From: Thermodesulfobacteriota bacterium
GTDB taxonomy: Bacteria > Desulfobacterota > Desulfobulbia > Desulfobulbales > SURF-16
DNA: 64,000 nt
NCBI GenBank assembly: GCA_039714595.1
Contig: JBDLJA010000005.1
Span: forward strand, 41,890 to 105,889
Direction: 5' to 3'
Every line of letters begins with the position of its first letter. Position 1 is the first letter of the stretch. Of this stretch, positions 35,596 to 44,992 are shown one piece after another. The translations under genes were made by a program, and so were the position numbers. Below the pieces are notes generated by a model, which saw only the letters and a program-made list of their open reading frames with translations, was not told the DNA's origin and did not search any database.

Positions 35596-35623
35596 TTGAC
35601 ATGACCCTCCCTGTGCTTACAGT
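35596..35623 (+). promoter_or_regulatory. Candidate sigma70-type promoter of hsp20-clpB
   Basis: TTGACA (35596-35601), a 16-nt spacer, then TACAGT (35618-35623), about 70 nt upstream of the hsp20 ATG. Confidence 0.35.
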
Positions 35624-35693
35624 TTCTCTCAATCACGAAACAATGTGCCCCAGAGAGGGGCGAACCAAGACCAACAAAAGATGGAGAAAAATC

Positions 35694-36113
35694 ATGTTAA
35701 GCCAGTTGAGAAACGAAGCCGCCCTTCCCCCCTTCTTGCATCGCTTTGGCCAGGATCTCTGGCCCACGGTGACCAGCAAACCCCAGCAGCACCCCTGGCC
35801 AGCCACCAATATTCACAGCAATGAGCAGGAGATAGTCTTACAGGTGGAGCTCCCCGGCCTCAGCCGGGAAGAGGTGGAGATAACCATTGAGGAGGAGCAG
35901 CTGGAGATTAAAGGCGAACGGCAGGCCCAGGCCCCGGAGGGTTTTGAGAGCCAACGCCAGGAGATGAGCAGCGGCAAATTTTCCCGCCGCTTCCGGTTGG
36001 GCCGTGATATTGACGCCAGCAAGATCACGGCCGCCCTGAATAACGGCATCCTCACCCTTACCCTGCCCAGGAGCGAGGCGGCCCAGGCCAAGAAAATTGC
36101 CATCGCCGCCTGA
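35694..36113 (+). CDS. Hsp20/alpha-crystallin small heat-shock protein
   Basis: Alpha-crystallin domain ...[38 protein letters not shown]...GKFSRRFRL...[14 protein letters not shown] prefer the ATG at 35694 (GGAGA upstream) to the track start at 35562. Confidence 0.88.
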   Translation: MLSQLRNEAALPPFLHRFGQDLWPTVTSKPQQHPWPATNIHSNEQEIVLQVELPGLSREEVEITIEEEQLEIKGERQAQAPEGFESQRQEMSSGKFSRRFRLGRDIDASKITAALNNGILTLTLPRSEAAQAKKIAIAA

Positions 36114-36233
36114 ACCTCTGGCCGAGGGTGTAGGAGAAGATCCCAGGCGCCAGCCAGCAGGACCCCTGCATGATGGTTACCGTTTAAGGACAAAGGCCCG
36201 CGGGCCAGACAAAAAAATTCCCGAGAGGCGCGT

Positions 36234-38822
36234 ATGCAGTTGGATAAATTCACCGTTAAATCCCAGGAGGCCCTGCAGGGGGCCCAGCAGCTGGCCAGCC
36301 AGCTTGGCCACCAGGAGGTGCGGCCCGTCCATCTGCTGGCCGAACTTCTGGCCGAGCCCCAGGGGGTAATCATCCCGGTTCTCCAGAAGATCGGGGTCAA
36401 CCCCGGCCAGCTCTCTGCCATGGTAAAGGAAGAGCTGGGCCGCATCCCCCAGGTGAGCGGCAGCGGCTTTGGCCAGGTCCATGGTTCCCAGGGGCTGCAG
36501 GAGGTGCTCAACAAGGGTCTGAGCGAGGCCCAGGCCATGCACGATGAGTACGTGAGCCAGGAGCATCTCTTCCTGGCCATCCTGGCCGCCAAGGATGCAA
36601 ACCTGGCCCGCCTACTCAAGGAAAACGGGGTTAAGCGGGAACAGTTCCTGAAGGCCCTGGCCGAGATCCGCGGTTCCCAGCGGGTCACCGACCCCAACCC
36701 GGAGGAAAAATACCAGGCCCTGGAGAAGTACGCCCGCAACCTCACCGACCTGGCTAAAGTAGGCAAACTGGACCCGGTAATCGGCCGGGACGATGAGGTG
36801 CGCCGGGTAATCCAGGTCCTCTCCCGCCGGACCAAGAACAACCCGGTGCTGATCGGCGAGCCGGGGGTGGGCAAGACCGCCATTGTCGAGGGTCTGGCCC
36901 AGCGCATCATCTCCGGCGACATCCCGGATAGCCTGCACGACAAACAGGTCTTAGCCCTGGACCTGGGGGCCTTAATCGCCGGGGCCAAGTACCGCGGTGA
37001 GTTTGAGGACCGCCTCAAGGCGGTCTTAAAGGAGGTGGAGGAGCGCCAGGGGGAGATCATCCTCTTCATCGATGAGATCCACACCCTGGTTGGCGCCGGG
37101 GCGGCCGAAGGGGCCATGGATGCCGGCAACATGCTGAAACCGGCCCTGGCCCGGGGCGAGCTGCACTGCGTGGGCGCCACCACCCTTAATGAGTTCCGGA
37201 CCATTGAAAAGGACGCGGCCCTGGAGCGCAGGTTCCAGCAGGTCCTGGTCCAGGAGCCGTCAACGGAGGACGCCATCGCCATCCTGCGCGGCATTAAGGA
37301 GAAGTATGAGGTGCACCATGGGGTGCGGATCAAGGACTCGGCCACGGTGGCGGCGGTGACCATGTCGGAGCGCTACATCAACGACCGTTTCCTGCCGGAC
37401 AAGGCGATCGATCTCATCGACGAGGCGGCCTCCAAGCTGCGCATCGAGATCGACTCCATGCCCACCGAGATAGACGAGGTGGAGCGCAAACGCCTCAAGT
37501 GCGAGATCGAACGGGAGGCGTTGAAGAAGGAAAAAGACGAGGCATCCCGCCAGAGGCTGGCAGAGGTGGAGGAAAAACTGGCCAACCTGGACGAGAAGCT
37601 TTCCGGCATGAAGGGCCACTGGCTCCTGGAAAAAGAGATCATCGGCCGGATCAGAAAGGTTAAGACGGATATTGACGAGGCGCGCCTTGAGGAGCAGCAG
37701 GCCGAGCGGCAAGGGGATCTAAGCCGGGTGGCGGAGATCCGTTACGGCCGGATCACGGAACTGGAGAAGCAGCTTGACCTGGAGAATAAAGAGCTGGCCG
37801 GAATCCAGAGCCAGCGCCAGATGCTCAAGGAAGAGGTGGCAGAAGAGGACATCGCCGCGGTGGTGGCCAAATGGACCGGCATCCCGGTGGACAAGCTCCT
37901 GGAGGGCGAAAAGGACAAGCTGGTCCAGGCCGAAGAGATCCTGGCCCGGCGGGTCATCGGCCAGGAGGAGGCGATAACCGCGGTGGCCAACGCCATCCGC
38001 CGCTCCCGGGCCGGCCTCCAGGACCCCAGCCGCCCCATCGGCTCCTTCATCTTCCTGGGCCCCACCGGGGTGGGCAAGACTGAGCTGGCCCGCTCTTTAG
38101 CCGACTTCCTCTTTGACAGTGACCAGGCCATGATCCGCCTGGACATGTCTGAGTTCATGGAGAAACATTCGGTGGCGCGGCTCATCGGCGCCCCTCCCGG
38201 CTATGTGGGCTATGAGGAGGGGGGGCATCTCACCGAGGCGGTGCGCCGCCGCCCCTATTCGGTGATCCTCTTTGACGAGATCGAAAAGGCGCACCCCGAT
38301 GTGTTCAACATCCTCCTGCAGATATTGGATGACGGCCGGATGACCGACGGCCACGGCCGGACAGTGGATTTTAAGAACTCCATCCTCATCATGACCTCCA
38401 ACCTGGGCAGCCAGCTCATCATGGCCAGCCAGGACAAGGAAAGTCTCAAGGGCCAGCTGGACGAGATCCTCCACGCCCAGTTCCGGCCGGAATTTTTAAA
38501 CCGGGTGGATGAGATCATCACCTTCCACAGCCTGAGCAGGGAGAACCTGGCCAACATCGTCGATATCCAGTTCGCCCTCCTCCAGGGGCGGGTGGCCCAG
38601 CAGCAACAGCTGGAGCTGAACTTAAGCGCCGAGGCCCGCGCCTTCCTGATCAACGCGGGCTATAACCCCGCCTACGGGGCCCGGCCCCTGAAGCGCGCCC
38701 TGCAGCGCCATGTCCAGGATCCCCTGGCCCTGCAACTGCTGGAGGGCAACTTCCCCCCCGGCTCCCGCATCACGGTACAGGTAGCTGCAGATGGCCAGCA
38801 GCTGGGATTTCAGGCCAAATAG
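36234..38822 (+). CDS. clpB: Chaperone disaggregase ClpB
   Basis: 862-aa ORF. Two AAA+ modules ([20 protein letters not shown]), a middle coiled-coil domain and a Clp N-domain. Confidence 0.95.
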   Translation: MQLDKFTVKSQEALQGAQQLASQLGHQEVRPVHLLAELLAEPQGVIIPVLQKIGVNPGQLSAMVKEELGRIPQVSGSGFGQVHGSQGLQEVLNKGLSEAQAMHDEYVSQEHLFLAILAAKDANLARLLKENGVKREQFLKALAEIRGSQRVTDPNPEEKYQALEKYARNLTDLAKVGKLDPVIGRDDEVRRVIQVLSRRTKNNPVLIGEPGVGKTAIVEGLAQRIISGDIPDSLHDKQVLALDLGALIAGAKYRGEFEDRLKAVLKEVEERQGEIILFIDEIHTLVGAGAAEGAMDAGNMLKPALARGELHCVGATTLNEFRTIEKDAALERRFQQVLVQEPSTEDAIAILRGIKEKYEVHHGVRIKDSATVAAVTMSERYINDRFLPDKAIDLIDEAASKLRIEIDSMPTEIDEVERKRLKCEIEREALKKEKDEASRQRLAEVEEKLANLDEKLSGMKGHWLLEKEIIGRIRKVKTDIDEARLEEQQAERQGDLSRVAEIRYGRITELEKQLDLENKELAGIQSQRQMLKEEVAEEDIAAVVAKWTGIPVDKLLEGEKDKLVQAEEILARRVIGQEEAITAVANAIRRSRAGLQDPSRPIGSFIFLGPTGVGKTELARSLADFLFDSDQAMIRLDMSEFMEKHSVARLIGAPPGYVGYEEGGHLTEAVRRRPYSVILFDEIEKAHPDVFNILLQILDDGRMTDGHGRTVDFKNSILIMTSNLGSQLIMASQDKESLKGQLDEILHAQFRPEFLNRVDEIITFHSLSRENLANIVDIQFALLQGRVAQQQQLELNLSAEARAFLINAGYNPAYGARPLKRALQRHVQDPLALQLLEGNFPPGSRITVQVAADGQQLGFQAK

Positions 38823-38876
38823 TACAGTGTAAACCATAAAATTTCGCTCAAACAACCTAACAGTGGTACTGACCAT

Positions 38877-38917
38877 GAAGGGCACGAAGAAAAATCAGGT
38901 AGTTCTTCGTGCCCTTC
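38877..38917 (+). terminator. 15-bp perfect hairpin after clpB (terminator / repeat-family variant)
   Basis: gaagggcacgaagaa-aaatcaggtag-ttcttcgtgcccttc followed by gtctcttcgtggtg. The architecture parallels the CGCAAAG-type repeats, with CACGAAG in place of CGCAAAG. Confidence 0.55.
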
Positions 38918-39015
38918 GTCTCTTCGTGGTGAAAAATAGCGCCAGAAAATAGGAGTGCTTAAGTGAAACAGCGCACTAGGCTTAAAAATGAGGGGGAGAC
39001 GAGTCGGGAAAAATT

Positions 39016-41103
39016 TCAGTCGCTGGAGCTGGTGCCGACAAGGGAGACGCCGCACTCTAACTCAGCCATATCAACAATGGCCTCAGGGGTGACGGCGGGA
39101 CTGCAGATAAAGCCCTGAAAGAGCTCACAGCCCAACTCACGGAGAAATTGATGCTGCTCTTTACTCTCCACCCCCTCGGCCACCGTCTCCAGTTCCATGG
39201 ACTTAGCCAGGGCCAGCATGGTCCGGCACATGGCAGCGCCATCACCGTCCCGGGGCAGCCCCTTAATAAAACGGCGGTCCAATTTAAGCTGGGTCAGCGG
39301 CAGGGTATGGAGTAAGGAGAGGGAGGAGTGGCCGGTACCAAAGTCGTCCAGGGCAACCCCCACCCCCAGGGCGCGGATGGACTGGATAACCTCCAGGGCC
39401 TGGATGCGGTCGGCCAGGACGCCGCTTTCGGTAATCTCCACCAGCAGACAGTGGGGCCGGACACGATACTTGACCAGCATCTGGGCCAGGACATCGGGCA
39501 GTTCCGTGTCGCTGAGCTCCGCCGGAGCCAGGTTAACCGCGAGGCTGAAGGGGGTGTCGCCAGTGGCCAGGTGCTGGAAGGTCCGGCTGTAATCGGCCAG
39601 GGCCCGCTCTAAGACCCAGCGGCCCATGGCATGAATCAGCCCCGTCTCCTCCAGCAGGGGAATAAAACGGTTGGCCGGAATCCCCCCCCGCTCCGGGTGA
39701 TGCCAGGCCAGCAGGGCCTCCACCCCCACCACCCTGCCACTGGCAAAGTCCACCTGGGGTTGGTAGGACAACTGAAACTGCTCCTGGGCCATGGCCGCGG
39801 AGAGATCGTTCATCAGCTCCAGCTGCTCACTGTGCCATGAGTCGAGGGAGGGATCGTAGAGATGGACCCGGTCCCTCCCCTCTTTCTTCGCCTCATACAT
39901 GGCCATATCGGCGTGACGCAACAGATCACGGGCCATCTCTTCCACCTGGGGGGTGCGCTCCCCATGCAGGCGGCAGGTGGCAACGCCGATACTGGCCGAG
40001 ATGCGCACCATGCGGCCGTCAATCTCATAGGGGCGGCGCACCAGTTCGACAATCTGTTGGGCCAGGTGAACGCCATTCACCGGGCGCCCCACCGCCTCCA
40101 GGACGACGCAGAACTCATCGCCGCCCAGCCGGGCAAAATTATCCTCGTTGCGCAGCAGGTTGCGAATCCGATTGGCCACGGTCTGGAGAAGGATATCGCC
40201 CACCCCATGGCCCAGGTTATCATTCACCGCCTTAAAACCATCCAGGTCAAGGTAGAGCAGGGCCATGAGCCCCCGGCGCCGGGAACGCTTCAAGGCCTCA
40301 TGGAGCTGGAGGGTGGCGCTGTTACGGTTTAACAGTCTGGTGAGGGGATCGTAATGGGCCAGCTCCCACACCGACTCCTCCGCCACCCGGCGGGCGTCAA
40401 TATCGAGCATCACCCCCAGCATACCGCTCAGCTCGCCGGCCCCATCGCGCATGGTAACAAGCTTCAGGGCCACCCAGCGCTGCTGCCCCTGGCCGTCCAC
40501 CAAGCGCACCTCGACGTCCAGGGAGCCCTTCTCCTTAATTGCCTGGCCCACCTGCTGGCTGAGGGCGGCGCTGTCAGCGCCATGGACATTGTCCAGCCAG
40601 TTGCCCGCCCCAAGCTCATCCTCGGCCTGGCCCAGGAGCTGATAAAAACTACCATTGGCATGGACAAGCTGCAGATCGCTGTCCACCTCAAAGATACCCA
40701 GGGGCAGCAGCTTCTCTATCTGCTCGAAGTTATGGTGGGAGGAGGGAGGGGAAGCTGCACCATCGGGACGAACCCGGACAAGGTAATGGCTGGCCACCCG
40801 GGCGAATTTAAAGGAACGACTGACCCAGGAACCATCCGCCATCTGCAGCTCAGCAGTGATGTCGTCGTCCCGGTTCTGATAATGTTTGCTCGGCAGCAGG
40901 ATATCATGGAGGGTGGACGACTGGCCCAGCAAACCATCCTCGCCGCCCAGCAGATCCACGGCCCGCGGGTTGAAGTAGCAGACATGGCCACTGCCCGCCT
41001 CCACAACCAGCAGCCCCTCATCATTGTCATGAAACCAGGCCCCCAGGAGGGGCTCCAACTCACCCCCCTGATCTCCGGCCTGCCAAACTCTGGTACCTTC
41101 CAT
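39016..41103 (-). CDS. PAS-domain GGDEF/EAL signalling protein
   Basis: 695-aa ORF. N-terminal PAS-like repeats, a GGDEF domain (RLGGDEF) and an EAL domain (EITES...DDFGTG...KLD). Confidence 0.88.
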   Translation of the reverse strand: MEGTRVWQAGDQGGELEPLLGAWFHDNDEGLLVVEAGSGHVCYFNPRAVDLLGGEDGLLGQSSTLHDILLPSKHYQNRDDDITAELQMADGSWVSRSFKFARVASHYLVRVRPDGAASPPSSHHNFEQIEKLLPLGIFEVDSDLQLVHANGSFYQLLGQAEDELGAGNWLDNVHGADSAALSQQVGQAIKEKGSLDVEVRLVDGQGQQRWVALKLVTMRDGAGELSGMLGVMLDIDARRVAEESVWELAHYDPLTRLLNRNSATLQLHEALKRSRRRGLMALLYLDLDGFKAVNDNLGHGVGDILLQTVANRIRNLLRNEDNFARLGGDEFCVVLEAVGRPVNGVHLAQQIVELVRRPYEIDGRMVRISASIGVATCRLHGERTPQVEEMARDLLRHADMAMYEAKKEGRDRVHLYDPSLDSWHSEQLELMNDLSAAMAQEQFQLSYQPQVDFASGRVVGVEALLAWHHPERGGIPANRFIPLLEETGLIHAMGRWVLERALADYSRTFQHLATGDTPFSLAVNLAPAELSDTELPDVLAQMLVKYRVRPHCLLVEITESGVLADRIQALEVIQSIRALGVGVALDDFGTGHSSLSLLHTLPLTQLKLDRRFIKGLPRDGDGAAMCRTMLALAKSMELETVAEGVESKEQHQFLRELGCELFQGFICSPAVTPEAIVDMAELECGVSLVGTSSSD

Positions 41104-41315
41104 AACTCTCTCCCTGCCACCGCCAAAGAAACATTAACTTCGTCAGAAAACTTGTCAGCCATGCCCAAGAACTTCCTTGAGGCAGGGGCACCCTAACGAA
41201 GTTTAGCATATCAGTCCAGCTGTTGTTAATGTTTTACTCAACCAGCCAGACAGGCAATGGTCCTTGAAGCCCTTTAAGCTCCCGGCCGCGCTGGATATGG
41301 TCCAAGGTGGCGCGA

Positions 41316-42137
41316 TCAGCGCCCCTGCCACCAGTAATAGGGAACCGCGCTTGGCGCGGGGGCCTCCTGGTTATAATAGCTCTCCAGGTAACGGTTGATA
41401 TCATGGCGGCCGCCCTGGCGCGGCAGATCTGCCGGTTCGCTAAACTCCATGGCCAGGCAGCGCCGCGGGCCAAAAAATATGCCATTCACCATGAGGCGCC
41501 AGAGATTAGTCTTCGCCTGGGCCAGGAGATGGGGCGCCGGGCCAGCGCTCCGGGAGAAGGAGGAGCCCCAGAGGCCGGTGGTGCGCACCAGCACCACCCG
41601 GGCGTCTGTCACCTGGGCCAGGATGGTGGCCACCCCGCTGTTGCCCTGCAACGACTCGTAACGGCTCCGGTAGAGGCGGCCGGCCGGATAGAGCAGCACC
41701 TCATCGCCCCGCTCCAGGGCCTTGACCACCCGCTCCAGCCCCTTAACCACCCCCGCCCGGGAGTGCCTCCCCTTCCGGCCTATGCTGGGAATGGTTATCA
41801 CCCCCAGAACCCCCATGAAACGGCGGATAAGTGGCAGGTTAACCTGGTCCTCATCGGCCAGGGGCCGGGGCCTAAATAGCCTGTAGAGGGTGGCCAGGAC
41901 CAGGGGGGGATCGATCAGGGCCGGGTGATTGGCCAGAAAGAGGATACCCCGGCCGTCCGGGCCAGCGATACGGTCAAGCCCCTGCACCTCAACCCGGTAG
42001 CGGAGAAAGAGAAGGCGGCGCAGTAATTTAATTACGACTGGCGCCATTCTTTTTCCCCGGATGTAGCCCTTCAGCCCCGGCATCTCAAGCCACCCCCCTA
42101 AGCAAAGCCAGAACGACCTGCTTAAAAAAGCAGTCAT
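41316..42137 (-). CDS. Lysophospholipid (1-acyl-sn-glycerol-3-phosphate) acyltransferase family protein
   Basis: The HX4D acyltransferase motif reads NHPALID, and YPAGR lies downstream. The start is uncertain. Confidence 0.8.
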   Translation of the reverse strand: MTAFLSRSFWLCLGGWLEMPGLKGYIRGKRMAPVVIKLLRRLLFLRYRVEVQGLDRIAGPDGRGILFLANHPALIDPPLVLATLYRLFRPRPLADEDQVNLPLIRRFMGVLGVITIPSIGRKGRHSRAGVVKGLERVVKALERGDEVLLYPAGRLYRSRYESLQGNSGVATILAQVTDARVVLVRTTGLWGSSFSRSAGPAPHLLAQAKTNLWRLMVNGIFFGPRRCLAMEFSEPADLPRQGGRHDINRYLESYYNQEAPAPSAVPYYWWQGR

Positions 42138-42470
42138 TATTGGCAGAGAAAAGGCGGCCCTGGCAGATATGGCGGGCTCTTTCGGAGGGATAGTTCATGG
42201 CAGCGGGGGAGAAATAGGGAAAAATAATTACAGCCACCCTATATACACCTAAAGCCCCCAAGGGCGCAAGAAAGATGGCTTCAGCAACGCAGTGGCCCCT
42301 GGTAAAGCCCTTTTAGACATCCCAGGTGACCAAACATCCTGCCGTCCCCCCCCGGAGGATTGCCAGCGGCTGCGGCCTAAGAAGAAAGCTGGCGGAAAAA
42401 GATATAGACAAGGGGGGAAAGGGGGCATATAATTAAGGGAGTAATTAAATACAAGAAGAGGAACTGCATC

Positions 42471-42689
42471 ATGCCCATCTATGAATTTCAGTGCCAGGAG
42501 TGTCAAAAAAAATTTGAGACCCTGCTCACCTCCAGTGCCCGGATCAACGAGGTCAATTGCCCTGACTGTCAGTCGCAAAATATAAAGAAGGTGATCTCCT
42601 CGCCCAGCAGCCTGAACAGGGGCAAGGCCAAGGTCCATATCCCGGCCGGCGCCCTGTCCGGCTGCTCCTCCCGCGGCGGTTTCTCCTGA
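42471..42689 (+). CDS. FmdB-family zinc-ribbon protein
   Basis: MPIYEFQCQECQKKFE...CPDCQS, the typical FmdB/CxxC-CxxC family N-terminus. Confidence 0.8.
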   Translation: MPIYEFQCQECQKKFETLLTSSARINEVNCPDCQSQNIKKVISSPSSLNRGKAKVHIPAGALSGCSSRGGFS

Positions 42690-42732
42690 GCTTAGGAAAA
42701 TCGGCCCGGGTGGCCGAACGTAGGAAAAAAAA

Positions 42733-42769
42733 GGCCGGTGACGCTAATTCGTCACCGGCCTTTTTTTTT
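42733..42769. terminator. Bidirectional rho-independent terminator
   Basis: An A-run, then ggccggtgacg-ctaatt-cgtcaccggcc, then T9. Confidence 0.75.
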
Positions 42770-42871
42770 AAGCCAATTCTCCCTGTGGCACTTTGGCCAA
42801 GGGCATAGCTCAGGGGCTATTCTGGCTGAAAGATCAGGCTATCTTGAAAAATTAAAACTTCAGTTTTCGCT

Positions 42872-42954
42872 AACCGCAAAGACGCAGAGGCGCAAAGTTT
42901 AATCTTATAAAATCAGCGAGTTACCCTGGCGTCTTTACGCCTTCAACGTCTGCG
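42872..42954. repeat. CGCAAAG-type structured intergenic repeat (second copy)
   Basis: aaccgcaaagacgcagaggcgcaaag (42872-42897), an AT-rich ~30-nt loop, then an imperfect complementary arm ggcgtctttacgccttcaacgtctgcg (42928-42954). Matches the reverse complement of 3375-3443. Confidence 0.45.
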
Positions 42955-42976
42955 CTCATCTGCAGTCCCAGAGTTA

Positions 42977-44854
42977 TCAAAATTCAATCATATAGCTGTA
43001 CACCCCCTCCTCCACCGCGGTCTTCACCGCGTAGCCCGAGTTGTTGAAGATCGCCTGCATCCGTTTATTCTCCCGCAGCACCTGGGCGCTGAAACCGGAG
43101 ATCCCGTTGCGCTTGGCGATACTGATCAGCTGTTTAAAGAGAAAGGTGCCCACCCCCCGGTTCTGCCAGCTGTCGCGGATCACAAAGGCCACCTCGGCCC
43201 GGTTGCTCCCCTCGTCCAGATAGTAGCGGCCCACCGCGACGATATCCTCGCCGTGCGCCTCGGGCAAAACCCCGACGATGGCCACATCCTTGCGGTGATC
43301 CACCCAGACGAAGTTATGGATCTGCTGGTGGCCGAACTTCTGCTGGTTACTCATGAAGCGGTAGTAGATGGTCTCCTGGGACAGGTCGTAGATCAGATCG
43401 CGCATATTGGGCTCGTCCGTGGGGTGGATGGGCCGGAACATGAGCTGGGTGCCGTCATCCATCAAGAGGGAGCTCTTCATCTCCTCGCCCGCCACCACGA
43501 AGCGGCCCTCCACCGCCTCGAAATCCTCCCGGATATAGCGGGCGGCGATGGCCTCCCGGAAGAGCTGCTCCCGGTAGTCGGGATGGGCGATGGCGATGAG
43601 GGCCAGGGCCCGCTCCTGGATATTCTTGCCGGCCAGATAGGCCACGCCATACTCGCTGGCCACATACTGGACCGCGCCCCGGGTGGTGACAACCCCGGAG
43701 CCGGGGGTGAGACGGCAGACGATACGCGAGGCCTTATCCCGCAGGGAAAGAGACGAGATGACGATTATCGACTTACCCTCCGGGGCCATGGCCGCGCCCC
43801 GGTTAAAATCCACCTGGCCGCCGATACCGGAGTAGAACTTGTCCCCCCGGGAGTCGGCGCACACCTGGCCGGTGAGATCGATCTCCAGGGCCATGTTGAT
43901 GGCCACCATCTTGTGCTGGCGGGCGATGATGGCGGAGTCGTTGACATACTCGGTGGGCCGGAAGGAGAAGAGGGGGTTGTCGTCCACCAGGTCGTAGAGC
44001 TTCCTGGTGCCCATGCAGAACGAGGTGACGATCTTGCCCTTATCCATCGCCTTGCGGCAGCAGGTCAGCGCCCCGCTATCAATGAGCTCCATCACCGCGT
44101 CGGTGATCATCTCGGTGTGGATGCCCAGATCCTTCTTCTCCACCAGGGCGTGCATCAACGCCTCCGGGATGTGGCCGATCCCCGGGATCCGCCCCATGCC
44201 AAACTGCAGGGTGGAGCCGTCCTCCACCAGGGAGGCGACGTGGTGGGCAATCCTCCCCGCCACCTCGTGCTGGGGCCGCGACTGCCGCTCGGTGATGGGG
44301 CCGTCCCCCGCCACCAGGATATCGAGGTCGCAGATGTCCAGGGTGGAGTCGCCTAAGGTCCACGGCATCTGGGGGTTGACCTGGGCGATGACAAGCGAGG
44401 CGTTCTCGGCCGCGGCCCGGACCACATCCACCGAAACGCCTAAGCTCACCCGGCCCATCTCATTGGGCGGCGTCACCTGGATCAGGGCCACATCCAGGGG
44501 GAGCTGGCCCGAGTTAAAGAGGCGGGGGATATCGCTCATGATAATGGGCGTATAGCTCCCCACCCCCTGCTGGATCATGTCGCGAACGTTGCCACCGATA
44601 TAAAAGGAGTTGAGGGCGAAGACGTCGCTGTAGCGCTCCTTGGCATAGGGGGCGTCGCCCTTGGTGAGGAGATGGACGATCTCCACATCGGCCAGCTCCC
44701 CGGCCCGGGCCACCAGGGCCTGGATCAGGGCCGGGGGCTCAGCGCAGCCCGTGCCGATGAAGAGACGCTGGCCCGGCCGGACATGGGAGAGGGCCTTGCG
44801 GGGGCTGACCAGCATCTCGGCGTATTTTTCCTGCCACTGGGGATCATATTTCAT
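42977..44854 (-). CDS. Acetyl-CoA hydrolase/transferase family domain fused to a C-terminal GNAT acetyltransferase
   Basis: 625-aa ORF. About 440 aa of CoA-transferase (ACH1/Cat-like) followed by a GNAT core ...FVIRDSWQNRGVGTFLFKQLISIAKRNGI.... Confidence 0.85.
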   Translation of the reverse strand: MKYDPQWQEKYAEMLVSPRKALSHVRPGQRLFIGTGCAEPPALIQALVARAGELADVEIVHLLTKGDAPYAKERYSDVFALNSFYIGGNVRDMIQQGVGSYTPIIMSDIPRLFNSGQLPLDVALIQVTPPNEMGRVSLGVSVDVVRAAAENASLVIAQVNPQMPWTLGDSTLDICDLDILVAGDGPITERQSRPQHEVAGRIAHHVASLVEDGSTLQFGMGRIPGIGHIPEALMHALVEKKDLGIHTEMITDAVMELIDSGALTCCRKAMDKGKIVTSFCMGTRKLYDLVDDNPLFSFRPTEYVNDSAIIARQHKMVAINMALEIDLTGQVCADSRGDKFYSGIGGQVDFNRGAAMAPEGKSIIVISSLSLRDKASRIVCRLTPGSGVVTTRGAVQYVASEYGVAYLAGKNIQERALALIAIAHPDYREQLFREAIAARYIREDFEAVEGRFVVAGEEMKSSLLMDDGTQLMFRPIHPTDEPNMRDLIYDLSQETIYYRFMSNQQKFGHQQIHNFVWVDHRKDVAIVGVLPEAHGEDIVAVGRYYLDEGSNRAEVAFVIRDSWQNRGVGTFLFKQLISIAKRNGISGFSAQVLRENKRMQAIFNNSGYAVKTAVEEGVYSYMIEF

Positions 44855-44992
44855 GGGCTGGTTCCACCTACAAAGAATTTATCTCTCCAGCTGAGAAGAT
44901 CAGGCGGTAATTGCCTGCTACCCGGTGAGGCTTCGCAGCTTCACGCTCCGGCGGGGCAAGTCTCGTCTCCTGCCATCTCAGTAAAAAAAACC

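Noticed and set aside
35813-37363. 516-aa ORF on the minus strand across hsp20/clpB. Similar long antisense ORFs occur at 3355-4401, 10850-11914, 26394-27356, 29516-30394, 40354-41196, 43253-44356, 46328-47116, 47436-48566, 52260-53294, 54663-55583 and 61577-62263.
   Set aside because: Each lies entirely antisense to, or out of frame with, a gene that has unmistakable family motifs. Their translations are low-complexity and rich in Arg/Gly/Ala/Pro/Ser/Trp with no recognisable motifs. Long stop-free shadow frames are expected in GC-rich coding DNA.
41136-41205. TAACTTCGT ... ACGAAGTTTA inverted repeat in the leader of the PAS-GGDEF-EAL gene.
   Set aside because: It is an 8/9-bp match with a ~50-nt loop and no further supporting features, so it is too weak to call a regulatory element.
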